Below are positions 39,513 to 53,394 of a stretch of 64,000 nucleotides of DNA, in pieces. The translations under genes and the position numbers were made by a program. The number at the start of each line of letters is the position of its first letter. Position 1 is the first letter of the stretch. Source of the stretch: Octopus vulgaris (lineage: Eukaryota); contig OX597837.1 in NCBI GenBank assembly GCA_951406725.2, positions 1,116,001 to 1,180,000 on the forward strand, read 5' to 3'. Below the pieces are notes generated by a model that was not told where the DNA came from, made no database searches, and saw only the letters and a program-made list of their open reading frames with translations.

Positions 39513-39687
39513 GTTTATGTATTTGTTTTGCAAGATTTTTGATATGAAATCGTGTGTAGAAACAGATATTGTTGTATTTAGGAATGGTCATTTCGCCAGT
39601 TTAGCCAATAAAAACACAGGCACTATATATTTGGTGTTACTTTGCTTCAGCGTTATACATTTTTTACATTAATCTTAATCTTATTTT

Positions 39688-39732
39688 GGCCAGAGTTCTT
39701 TCGTCACACTCCTGTGACCTCATCAGTGGTCC
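39688..39732 (-). ncRNA. Minimal type-I hammerhead ribozyme motif
   Basis: Minus strand GGACCA-CUGAUGA-G-GUCACA(ggag)UGUGAC-GAAA-GAAC-UC-UGGCC has both core boxes, a perfect 6-bp stem II, a short stem I and a UH site. Confidence 0.7.
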
Positions 39733-42091
39733 TTTGCTTTCTTCTTTCTTATTTGTGTGTCTCTCCTTACTAACGGTCAGCCATTTTGTATTTTTTATTT
39801 CTATTGTATGTGTCTTCATTTGTGCATGCGTATACCTCTATGTGTGTCTATGTTTAGTTAGTGTGTGCAGAGGGGAAGTGCCTGTAATATTATTTATCTC
39901 CTGTTTTATACACACACTCACACTCCCGTAACGTAATTGCTGTGTAATGTCAGAGTGACAATGGTGTACCTATTAAATGACACGTGCAATGCACCCGACA
40001 GAATCCACTCTACAGAATATCCTGAATTCACCCACAGGGATGGATCGTGTGGAGGGAAAATGACTTTTTCTCAAGATGCCAAACATTGGGACTCAACCTG
40101 GATCTGGTGGTTGTGAAATAAACTTCTTAACTATTCCGCTGTGCTGCTCCTGTGTATATGTATGTATGTATGTATGTCAATGCACTTGTGTGTGTGTGTG
40201 TGTGCGTGCGTGCGTGCGTGTGTGTGTGTTCACTTGTGCGTATATGTATATTAATATATGTACCTATTTAAGCCTGTAGTATGTATATACATATTCATAC
40301 AATTTACATGGAATTCATAATATACACATCAAGTACTAAAGTCTCTCTGTTATGTAAAACCAATTTTATTGAAATGCGAGTCCATTTATCCTTTGAACCA
40401 TATCGCGGGCCACGCTTTTCTCACTCAAAATCTTAATAAGGAATGAAATAAGAATGACGAAAGACGAAACCACGTTAAGCTGGTTTGGTTCGCAAAAGCT
40501 CTTTCCTCAAAGTAGGATTTGATTTGCAGATTCATTGAAAACAAATTCAAGCAGCCATTATGAATCCGAACGCTATCTCCACACACACCATCCTCTTCTT
40601 TCCTTTTTCATTCGCTGATTCCCTTATTCGATTATTCCATCTCTTGCTATCTTATTTTCGATCCCTCCACATATACATACTTACATATAGTGTCTCCTTA
40701 TCTACTTTCTCTTCACTCCACCTTCTCTATCTCTCTGTCTCTCTGTCTCTCTGTCTGTCTCTCTTTCATCTTTCCCTGTATACCTTCTCTTGTCCCTTCG
40801 TGTTTCTCGTTTCCTGCCCACCACAGTTTCATTCCCCTTTTCTCTTCACAAACTCGAACTTTTGCATTTTATTTTCCTTTTCTCTTTATTGCGCTTTCTT
40901 TCTCATTATCGGATGTATGTATGTGTTTGTATGCATGCATGCATAAAGGCAGTCGCATTAACGAGTACGTGTATGTATACATATACATCCGTACACGATG
41001 TGCGTATATATATACACACACATACACATGCGTGTGTTTGTGTGTATCACGCGTTTCTTGCTTTCCAGCTCACAACATTCATATCTACCCCACTATCTCT
41101 ATCTTTATCCATTTATTTCTTTTTCTTATCTATTTCGCTCTTCTCCCTCCCCGCCTCTCCCTCCCTCTCTCTCTCGTATATATATATTTATATATATGTA
41201 TGTATGTCTATATATTCATATATATGTGTATGTGCGTGCGTGTGTGTGTGTGTGTGTGTGTGCATGTGTGTATATATATATCTTATCTATCTAGCTATCC
41301 ATCCATCTCTTTCTTATCTCTCTATCTATCCTTCTTACCTCTCCCAGCCCAACCCACAACGAACCGAAACCTTTCCCCGCCACAAACACCACCAACCCAC
41401 TTCCCTCTTCACGCTGTCACGGTTTCTAATCAGTTCACTTGGTCAGACACTAACCGGCTTAACTGTAACTTTATCTCGGCTTCAAATCATTCACTCTACA
41501 CAAACCTTCAAAAGGGGATTCCATTTGTGGGGGCCATTTGTCTATAGAATTAGGGAACTGTCGAGTCAAGGAAGCGAAACTAAGGTGAGTACATTGAGAA
41601 AAGCAAAAAGGACAGAAAGCAAAATGGCCTTTTAGTAAATGCAGGTGCGAGGTGGTTGTTGTTGTTGTTGTGGTAGTGTTGATGGAGTTTGTGTTGGTGG
41701 TAGTATCAGTGGCGTTGTGTTTTCGATGTTGGTATTGTTGTAGTGTTGGGGTTATTGTAGTATTGCTAATATAGTAGTGTTTGTTGTTGCTTGTGGTGTT
41801 GTTAATGGGGTTGGTGGAGGTAGTTTCGGTGGTAGTTGGTGTAATGTCGGCCTTGGAGTTGTTATTCGTGGCGATGGTTGTCTTAAAAATGTTGTTGTTG
41901 TTGGTGGTGGTGATGGCAGTGGAGGTTGTGGTGGTGTCGAACGTATATTGTATTCGGGCTTTTATGGGATTTCTGCTTTCGTTTCCATTAACCACAGCTG
42001 ACAACACGCCTGTCTGAGCAGAAACCCGCCCCCAACACCCTCCTCTTTCTTTTCATCAAAGATCTCTACCTTTCCACCTCGCTACCTTTGT

Positions 42092-42133
<42 letters not shown>

Positions 42134-43063
42134 ACACTCGATATCATGTATAACAATAATGATAACAATGGGAACAACACCACAAACACCACCACCACCA
42201 CCACCACCACCACCACCACCACCACCACCACCACCACCACCACCACCAGTGGCAACGTCAGCAGTGGCATCGACAATGACAACAACTACAATCAGAATAA
42301 CAACTGCAGCGTCCTTCTGGTTGTTACATCAATAGATAGAAGTGATGTTACGATGCTTTGAATCCCCGCCTCCCCACCGCCTCTTCCTGGTCGTCGTCGT
42401 CGTCATCTTTTTTCCAACGACAACAAAACTAAAACCAAAGAAGCAAGCAACAACAGCAACAACAACAACAACAACGACAAACGAAATCTTCATAAAACCT
42501 CCAACAATGCAGAACAAATTGTTGAATGCAAACTTTCGACGATGTCGCCTGACTCTTTTGTCTCTGGCTTGGATTCATTTTCTTCAAATATTTGTGTTTT
42601 CCTAACGATCCTTCCTTACGACCGTTTTCATCTTGTTGCTGATGTTGATGCTGTTGTGGGTTTTGCTTCTCATTCTTTCATTCATTTTCCAAGTCCATTC
42701 TCAAACGATGGTGGAAACAAAATTGAAAACAGGGACAGGAAACAGTTTGTCAATCGATCTCCAGCAGAGTTCGAACGGAAACCGATTCGCTTGGTCGGTG
42801 GTTTGTAAGGGAGGGAGGGAGGGAGGGGGGTAGCGCGGCAATATTTTCGTTTGCTGACTGTTATAGCAGAATGGGGGTGAAATTAAGAAGGAAACACGCG
42901 ATGAATATTTGATTAAACATTGGGAATATATATAACGTGTGTGTGTGTGTGTGTGTGTGTACATGTATGTTTGTGTATGTATGTGAGCATATATGTACGT
43001 ATATATATATATATGTATATATGTATATATGTATATATGTATATATATATATGTATATGTATG

Positions 43064-43095
<32 letters not shown>

Positions 43096-43115
43096 TGTAT
43101 GTATATATATATGTA

Positions 43116-43146
<31 letters not shown>

Positions 43147-43432
43147 ATATATATGTATGTATATATATATGTATGTATATATATATATGAATGTGTGTAT
43201 GTAAATGGCGGTGCCCCAGCATGGCCACAGCTCGTGAGCTGAAACTAGATAAAATAAATTATAAAAAATATGTATATATATGTGTATATGTTTGTATATA
43301 TATGTATATATGTATTATATATATATATATGTATATGTGTACGTAATGTGTATGAATACATGTGTACGTATATATATATGTGTGTGAGTCTGTATATATA
43401 TATATGTTTATATATATATATATATATATATA

Positions 43433-43657
43433 TAAAGGGGTGGGGTAGCTGCTGAAAAGTTCCTGGCTTTGGGTAAAAGGAAATACAGGAGGATCAATTC
43501 TTTATAATTTTATTCAACATGTTCCTCTTTCAGAACCACACACTTATTGCAGCGGTCCTTCAGTTTTTCTTATCCTTGTAAGTGAACTCGTATGATCGGG
43601 TCACTAACCAGGCCTTTCGTGACATCCTTAAAGCGAGGAACTTCTCTACACCCCGTC
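43433..43657. mobile_element. Mariner-like MITE, copy 2
   Basis: GCTGAAAAGTTCCTGGCTTT ... AAAGCGAGGAACTTCTCTACACCCCG. Shares ACACACTTA...CAGCG.TCCTTCAGTTTTTCT with copy 1. Confidence 0.7.
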
Positions 43658-46186
43658 CAATGTATGTGAAACGTGTACTTGTTTGGGAACTACAACTGCT
43701 GCTGTTTATGGTTGCTTACGGAGTAATAGGGAGAGTGTCTTCTATGAGATGACAAAGAGGGTGAACCTTCTTATTAAGGGGAGAGAACCGCTTCAGGTTT
43801 CTTTTCCCCCTTGTGGGCACATTATAAACATATCTTTCAAATATATGTTTATACTATGTCTATTTATGGTGCTTCGTCCGTTTTCTTTGCTCTGTTCTTC
43901 TATTTTCCTTTGTGGGAAAGACATTGAGGTAGAGCACGGTAACGAAATGATTTAGAAACACTGTATAAATTGTCGAACGACTGGCTATTCGAACCTGAAG
44001 GAAATACGGAGGCGAAAATAGATCTTTTCGATAATTCCACATGCTGTTTTTTTCTGGATGTTCGAGTCACAAATGAAGAGAAGGTATCAGAAATTGAAAT
44101 CGTGTGACTGGCGGTCACACCATTCACGAACTTTGTTAATTTAAGTTTCACGACTGTCCAATCATTTAAACATCGACATCTCCCTAATGCTCGATAGCGT
44201 TGGAACATCACTGTCTCATTGGTAAACTTTCACAAAATAAGCTATGTCGCAGCTGAAAAATAATATATCCTGATGACAACTGTATTTGCCTTGATAACCC
44301 TTTTTAGCCTTCAGATATATTTCAAAATGGTCGTTCTATTTCAATTATTTCTGGACTTAAACGATATAGAATTTTGTATGGACTAATTTCCCAGTGCATA
44401 GTTTCCTGTAAAGAAAGAAACATAAATTGCCAGTTTCTAAACAAATTCCCATAGATTATGAATTACTTTTTAATTCTTGTCTTCAGAGAAGTTCTATTGG
44501 TGCCTCTTATTCTATAATAGTGAATAAACGAACATTATTTTCTGAAAGTAATAATCATACCTCATTTGCTAGCTGGAATCACCTTAAATTTTAGATTTTA
44601 CGTATCAAACACAATAAGTATGACACACAACAATAAAACTGCTGCGATGCCATTATAAAATGGTGTAAAATAATGAAGATAAATCCAACTGCAGATGCAT
44701 TCAGTTCGTTATTGTAGAATTCTAGCTAAGCATTTCTAAAGCGTGCCTTCTGAAATCATAAGATTAAGAAAACACACTATTAAAAACCATTACTGATATC
44801 CTTGTTATTTTGAATGCAAAGAAGTCTTAATATATTTTTGACAAATTTCTTTAAAATGTTACCTTTATCGGATTAAATGAAAAAAAACAAACCTTTAAAG
44901 TAAAAAGAAAACAATACAATTTTGGTTTAAATCCAGAAATAGGACTCTTTTGCTTCTCTTTCGAAATACTTTTGGTTTCTAAGAGAAAATGAAGCAACTG
45001 CACGAGAAGAGGTAATATTGTTGTAAAAGGCGAATAAATACCAAGGCTGCAGAAGTTGGTGTTGAACATGCCTAGGAGAAATGCTAAACATTTGAAATTA
45101 AATCATTACATCAAAAGGAAGGAAAACAAAGGAAATTTCTTATCTCCCGAGAACAATACAAATTTCAAGATTTTAAATATATCTTTTTGTTCCAGCAGAT
45201 TTCGAACAGCAGACCGAGCGAGTGATGCAGGAATTAACAAGAATTTAACACACGAAACCAAATTCTAATTTTAGATAAAAAGTCGAATACATGCACTGTC
45301 GTTTCTTTAGAAAGTGAGAATCTTATGTAGAACCTTTGATAAAAGGGTTGCCAAGAGACTCACAGAAACGAAGTTCAGATTTAAGCTAAACGTCGAGTTT
45401 CTCACGGAAGTCAAAACTGTCTCCTCAAAAAAAAAAAAAAAAAAAAGGTGGTCGTTTCTATTCCAAAGTTGTCGATCGTTGCGTGTGACTCAGGTGGTCT
45501 GTGTTAAGCAACGAAACAATGAAACCCCACCGCCATCTTGGATTAAGACGCATGTTTTTTTTTATTTATTTATTTATAAACTAATATTGCTGTCTGATCG
45601 ATTAAACGTTAGGAAATATTAAAGTAACAACAGAAGGTATCATATATATATATATATATATATATAGTCACACACACATAAACATCTCGCTCATGTATGT
45701 ATATATTTCTACACAAGTACAGAAATACGTCTGTGTATATCTGCATGTATGCATCTCTGCGATTATCCATTCTGTGTTTCCGGAGTGTGAGCACACTCCT
45801 GTGAATGCCAGTTCCATTGTGATATACAGTTTGGTTGATTAACAAATACCAAAGAATATTCTCTACCATTTATTCTTGGACAACAACGAAAATGTTCGGT
45901 CGAGGAAGAATCCCAACAGCTCTTTCAACTTTTATCTCCGTCGATTTCCATACAGCTTCTACACCATTTAACTCCTTCCTCTGCCTCCCTCTATTTCTCT
46001 ATGTGTGTATGTGTACATTGGGTGTGTATATATATATGTGCGTGTGTGTGTGTGTGTGTGTGTGCGTGTGCGAGCGCGCAATGTGTCTGTGTAATGAGAC
46101 TGCATATATATCTGCATATATATATGGATGTGTGTGTACATATGAGGTTCATGTGTACATGCATGCATATATGTGTAGATGGGTGT

Positions 46187-46248
<62 letters not shown>

Positions 46249-46708
46249 ATATATCTGTATAACTCTCTCTCTCTCTATCTATCTGTCTGTCTGTCTGTCT
46301 GTCTATCTATACAGCTATATATCTATATCTCTCTCTATATATACACATCCCCACACAAATAAATGTCTGTGTGTGCTTTTCTTTCTTTCTCTCTCTGTCT
46401 CTATCCTCTACGCCTCTTCCTCTTCGATCTCCCATTCTTACTCTACTACAATACTTGTTTTGCTGTGTTTGTCTGCGAGTTGCATCCTCGTTTTCGGTTT
46501 TCCTCTCCGCCTATTCTTCTCCCTCTCCAACGCCACTCCGACTCCTTTGGCCTCTTCTGTCTTTTGTTCCTTTTGTTCTTAAATATATTGGTTCTTGCCA
46601 ACAGTCCACGACCAGACTGTTGCGGTGAGCTGGCTTCAACGTTGCAGTGAGCGTCTGTGAAGGCCTCTCCATCCAAGTACATACGTACTTGGATGGATAT
46701 GTGTGTGT

Positions 46709-46757
<49 letters not shown>

Positions 46758-46876
46758 TGTGTGGTTGTGTGCATGTGTGTGTGCATGTTATTTTTAGGGA
46801 TCGTACTATAGAGTGAAACAAATTTGATTTCATCAAAACTTTGAAAGAAATGATAATTGTAATAATAATAATGATG

Positions 46877-46919
<43 letters not shown>

Positions 46920-46929
46920 TAATAATAAT

Positions 46930-47125
46930 AATTCTTTCTACTAAAGGCACAAGGCCTGAAATTTGGGTAAGGAGACCTTAATACTCAACTGGTGCTTATT
47001 TATCAACCGCGAGAGGATAAAAGGCAAAGTTGATCTCGATGGAATTTGAACTCAGAACATAAAGACGGATGAAATGCCGCTAACCTTTTTCCCCACCATG
47101 CTAACCACTCTGTCAGCTTGCCAAC
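46930..47125 (-). mobile_element. SINE family B
   Basis: AAGGCACAAGGCCTGAAATTTGG...AAAGGCAAAGTTGATCTCGATGGAATTTGAACTCAGAAC, flanked by (AAT)n. Confidence 0.85.
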
Positions 47126-47139
47126 TTATTATTGCTGTT

Positions 47140-47202
<63 letters not shown>

Positions 47203-47459
47203 TGTTTCTGGTATTACTGGTTTCTCATTTCGTTTCAATACCTCGATATAAAAACAATGCTGGGCATAATCGAATAAGGGACTGATTTCATGAAAACTTC
47301 ATCAATAATCGATCTGAACTTCGAAGTCACTGTCACCACCCTTCTTCTAAACGTACAATATGTACTCTACAAAATGAATTGAGAACATCCTTCAACTGAA
47401 TGTAAAATTGCTTTTTATTATAAATCGACAAAACAAATAGTACTGTATGCGCGCGTGCA

Positions 47460-47515
<56 letters not shown>

Positions 47516-47663
47516 AAAAGTTATTTTACACACATCCATGTGAAATACAACGCGTGTGCAGTTACACATGAGAAGAACTGGGATTCTCGGAGTAGAAATT
47601 GATAAATGGAAGAGAATGGCATTATTTGTAAAGAAATATATTGAGTGTGTGTGTGTGAGAGAG

Positions 47664-47752
<89 letters not shown>

Positions 47753-47887
47753 CCTACCTACCTACCTATCTACCTACATACCTATATATATATATATATA
47801 TATATACACTACCTACCTATCTACCTACATACCTATATATATATATATATATATATATAATAACAAATTAATAAATAAAACATATGC

Positions 47888-47962
<75 letters not shown>
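47664..47962. repeat. (TATC)n and (GATA)n arrays in inverted arrangement
   Basis: (TCTA)n at 47664-47752 and (TAGA)n at 47889-47962 are mutually complementary. Confidence 0.9.
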
Positions 47963-48263
47963 TGCGAGAAGGTGAGAGACTCAGCAAGTAAGAACTGTTT
48001 TGCAGGGTACTCTGAAATATCTAAGAAATATTATGGTAAACTAGTTTGTAATAATTAAGGAGCCACACCAGGCAACGCCTGCTGAGTGATAGATCGTCAG
48101 TTGCCTACGACAACGACGACATGTACATGGCTGCACGTGTAACGTAGACAACGTGTGTGTTATAGACTTTTACATTTACAGACAAACATACATGTATGGA
48201 GTTTGATTTTATATTATCAAAACGCATACAATCTTCAATATATATATATGCAATGTATATGTA

Positions 48264-48496
48264 CAATAATCCCTCGAAATATCGCGGATCACCTATCACG
48301 GTTCATCAATTTTGATTTATTATTCAAGCTTAAGTAGATTCCCCTGTAGTGTTATTTTTGCATTTATAATGAAATAAATATATGCAAATTACGATAACAA
48401 TAATAATAAAATAAAGTACTATTTCTACTTCGCGGCTTTTTACCTATCGCGGGGCGCTTTTGAACCGTAGCACGTGCGATAGTCGAGGGATCACTG
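48264..48496. mobile_element. Pogo/Tigger-like MITE
   Basis: TA-CAATAATCCCTCGA..TATCGCG ... TGCGATAGTCGAGGGATCACTG-TA: inverted ends with a TA target duplication. Confidence 0.8.
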
Positions 48497-48570
48497 TACT
48501 GATATCAATCTAGAACGCTAACAGATTTTTTTATGATCATGAAATATTTCACGTATCATTTAAGTGTGTG

Positions 48571-48664
<94 letters not shown>

Positions 48665-49204
48665 GACACATCGTCATTGTATCATATATCCGAAAAGGAA
48701 ACACTTACTAAAGCATTGAGCAATAAGGTGCTTATATGTAGTTAAGACTATGTCCAGTCATAAAGTGACCGATGGTTTCGCATCCACAAAGGGCTTAAGC
48801 TTAGTGGACATATAATATAGGTAGGCAAAAAACCTTTGCTGCATCCTTTTGAAGCTCACCTGCTTATTCTGTTATTTCAACCCAGTATGTTGTTGTTCTT
48901 GTTATATTGGTGTGAGGTGTGTATTACTGTTGAAATTTCTGGAAATATTGTTTGTAGAATTATCAAATATCGAATTAGCAAGATGGAAAATGTTTTGCGT
49001 ATTATTTATTTTTCATTATATATGTTTCATTTGCAAATAGGAATCAAAAGAATAAACATCTATGGAATTTCTCATCTATTAGCAAAGGAAACATGTGTAA
49101 TGGGGTGGGGTGGGGTAAATTACGCAATTTGTTTTCCAATTTCCTGTTTATTTACACACACAAATATACATACGTTGACGATATATATATATATATATAT
49201 ATAT

Positions 49205-49601
49205 ACTCTTTTTACTCTTTTACTCTTTTACTTGTTTCAGTCATTTAACTGCGGCCATGCTGGAGCACCGCCTTTAGTCGAGCAAATCGACCCCGGGACT
49301 TATTCTATCGGTCTCTTTTGCCGAACCGCTAAGTGACGGGGACGTAAACACACCAGCATCGGTTGTCAAGCAATGCTAGGGGGACAAACACAGACACACA
49401 AACACAAACACATACATATATATATATACATATATATACGACAGGCTTCTTTCAGTTTCCGTCTACCAAATCCACTCACAAGGCATTGGTCGGCCCGAGG
49501 CTATAGCAGAAGACACTTGCCCAAGATGCCACGCAGTGGGACTGAACCCGGAACCATGTGGTTGGTAAGCGAGCTACTTACCACACATCCACTCCTGCGC
49601 C
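49205..49601 (-). mobile_element. SINE family A, young full-length copy
   Basis: Near-consensus head (reverse complement of CCACTCCTGCGCC) and tandem (GTAAAAGA)n-type tail. Confidence 0.92.
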
Positions 49602-49796
49602 TATATATGATTTTTTTAAAAAGGATAACAAATACTAAGGCAAGGCATCTCAGGTCGTACATGCTATTAGTATCAAAAATTATTAAGCAATATTGAAGTC
49701 TTACAACTGTCTTTGGAATGTCCCAAAATCATGTGGAATATCCCATCATCAGAGACAGATGGTGAGAACGTGAAAGAGTATAGATTACGGAAACGT

Positions 49797-49842
<46 letters not shown>

Positions 49843-49966
49843 GAATGTATGTAATGTGTATATGTATATAAATATGTATATATATATGTATGTGTATGTA
49901 TATGTATATATATGTGTATATATATATGTATGTGTATGTATATATATATGTGTGTGTGTGTGTATG

Positions 49967-50006
<40 letters not shown>

Positions 50007-50035
50007 ATATGTATGTGTATATATATGTATATATA

Positions 50036-50112
<77 letters not shown>

Positions 50113-50599
50113 ATATGTATGTATTAATATTTATGTATGTGTAATTGCAATTTTGGAATCAAAAGGATTTTTGAGATAATTTTAAAGAATTTTATAATTT
50201 TCTTTTACATGATTGGTAATTCTTAATTTAAGGAAATCTTTCTTCAAATACACACACACATATTATTCAGCGATTTTGAAACTTTGTCTAACGTGAATCT
50301 TATTCAAAATCCCTTTAACAAAAGAACACCTTGTCCGAGTAGAACTGCGTATAATATCTGGCTATGTAGAACGGATATGACATAATGTCGTGCTTCAATA
50401 TATCACTCGCTCGATGAAATTATGAAATTATGCCAATAATATCATTTGAAACACGACAGTTTTCTCTGTTAATCAGTTCCTTATTCCATTAAAATTTTAT
50501 TGATATTCACTGGTTTTATGGACAGGAAAATATATAAATGTGAACATGTTTGTCTGCCTGTCTATCGCTCATCTATCTATTTCTCGACTATCTATTTGC

Positions 50600-50676
<77 letters not shown>

Positions 50677-50714
50677 CCTCGCTCTCTCTCTCTCATCGGT
50701 CTCTCTCTTATATA

Positions 50715-51778
50715 TTATTATTATTGTTGTTGCTCCCCCTAAACTTCTCCCCCTACCACACTCCGTCTAACCTCGTAGTACATACATACATACATACTTA
50801 CACACACACACACACACGCACGCACACACACACACACATATATATACATACATATGATGTGTATGTGCGTATATTTTGTGCTGTAGCGGTAAATCTAAGA
50901 AGGCAAAAAACACCACTGGCCTCATTCCTATCCTCCATATCATCTTTATCTTCGCCAAAATAATCGTCATCATCATCACCATCATCATTAGCAGCAGCAG
51001 TAGCAGCAACAGCAGCCCGAAATTGATGCTGCCACTAATGCAACATCAATAAGACAATATGAAAATAAAAGGACAAAATCAAAAAGCAGCTACAACAACA
51101 ACAAAAGTCAAAATAAACTACGACAACTTTGACGCGAACGAGATCGTCGACAAACATAAACGACAGCAACGCCACCATCATAACGACAACAACTACAACA
51201 ACAACAACAACAATAGTCAGTATACGAAAGACAACCAAAAGAACAACAACAACAACCTCTACAACAAAAGGACGTGCTTTAGACTAATTATGTTCCGTTT
51301 GATCATGAAGCATGGAGTCGTAGAACGGTGTACACAAAACCGGCTGTATCCATAGCGGATATGACCTGATGACATCGGTGACCTCTTGATCATCACAGGT
51401 GACCTCTGGAGCCAGCGTCTTCCTATTGTCATGTTTCAATAATATTTATTTAATCGTCATTAGTCTTACTGATATCAATCATAATGGTCATCGACATCAT
51501 CATCATCAACTGCAGTAACTACTCTGTCATCACTACCACCAGCGCCATCAGCTCTGTCATCATTCCCTCCAACGCCGCCATCATCGTCATCATCATCATC
51601 ATCATCAATACCAATAATAGCTGATAATATTACCAATTACCAATTCGTGGAAGCGATATCCACTCGTCTGTCTCCCTTGAAGTAAATAAAGAAAAGATTG
51701 TTATTATTATTGTTGTTGCTCACCACCACCCCTAAACTTGTCCACCCCCCACCACTCCGTCTAACCTCGTAGTACATA
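50715..51778 (+). repeat. Local direct repeat pair (~70-80 bp) at 50715-50784 and 51701-51778
   Basis: Identical 26-mer CACTCCGTCTAACCTCGTAGTACATA plus shared TTATTATTATTGTTGTTGCTC and CCCCTAAACTT. Confidence 0.85.
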
Positions 51779-53122
51779 TTATATTACCGTTAACGAAGAA
51801 CAAGAAAGAAAACCCGCAAATTGCATTATTGAGAAATTAACATAAATCGCCCGGAGAGGGCAGCAGCGGATATCGAACTAAGATTTCATTGTTTGTTCGC
51901 TTGACCTCCAATGGACAGGGCAACATTTATACAAGCGAAATATAATAATAACAATAATAATAATAATAATAGTTCCTTTCTTACACATAAATGGAGGTAC
52001 ATACTCTGGTATTGTATGTACTCTCGGTTTCGTTTTCGGTGTTTAGTTGCATTCACCCGTTTGGATATTTCCGAAAGAATCATAATCTAATTTGTACCGG
52101 AAGTTATTCAACCACCATCGCCACGACCGCCATCATATTTCTTCACTCTCCAAACTCGCGTATGCAACATTCCACCCCATCCACCATCCCCGTTGTTTTC
52201 TCCCCCACCACCACCCGATATCCGCCCCAGCCTACCAACTATGCTCTTGAGCCATTGTTATCCTCAATCCCTAACGAGTGAATGACTTGAGTTCTTCGAA
52301 AAACAACCATGACCGCATGTCGCGGCACCGCCGCTACCAACCCTATCACTGGTGACACCGATGGCGCCACCATCGCAAAACCACATCGTGTCCATTATAA
52401 CCAATCAAACAATTTTGTTAAATTAGTGTCCAGCCAACACAACCAAGTCCACGCTCCACCCCACCCCCGACACTAGTAGCGTTACCACTACACTTATTAC
52501 AACTGCCGCCACCGCTACTACTACCATCGCCTCCATTACAACTACCGACCCGACTGACAACGCCTCCACCACTACTACTACTAACACCACCACCACCACT
52601 CCTCCTCCTACTACTACTACTAATACAAATACTACAACCATTACCATCGCCTCCAGTACAACCACAGCCTCGATTGACACGAGTAGCACAACTACTACTA
52701 CTAATACCACTATTACTCCACCACTGACACCATATCCACCCCCACTACAACTACTACCCAATGTTCACCCGTTCGTTTCCGATCCTAACATCCATTATTA
52801 TACTAAGTCCTCAACCAGCGCCCAACCAACAACGACCACTGAAACCACCACAAATCATTGGATCGCTCTCTCTGTCATATAACATTTCTTCATCCCAGTA
52901 TATTTCGCTCAGTCACCGTTCGAATTATCTACAGAGCAATGGGAAGAATTCATTATTTTCACTATTTTAAACCAATGATATTTGTAAATATGACTAATGT
53001 ATCAATACCATTATTTCGAATATCCCTTTCACTTAATTTAAGAATATTGAAAGCTCATATAATTTGTTTTAAAACAAAATAAAAATAATGCATGCGTGCG
53101 TGCACACACGAACACCCGTATC

Positions 53123-53185
<63 letters not shown>

Positions 53186-53224
53186 ATATATATATACATT
53201 TCAAACTGTAACTACACGTGAAAA

Positions 53225-53353
53225 GTTGGCAATCTTTTTTCCTTCGGCTTCCTTTTCTATTGGACTTTTTTCTGTTTCTGAAGAAGGGCTTTGCTCGAAA
53301 CGTTAAACCACCTTCTTTTCCTTCCCTGAGCGTCTGCTAATACTTTACATGTA

Positions 53354-53357
<4 letters not shown>
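53225..53357 (+). mobile_element. Penelope-like pLTR / retrozyme-like repeat carrying the hammerhead motif
   Basis: Homologous to 21695-21840 and flanked by (TA)n. Confidence 0.6.
53274..53308 (+). ncRNA. Minimal type-I hammerhead ribozyme motif (Penelope-type)
   Basis: GUUU-CUGAAGA-A-GGGC(uuu)GCUC-GAAA-CG-UU-AAAC, with palindromic AACGUU in place of stem III. Confidence 0.65.
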
Positions 53358-53394
<37 letters not shown>

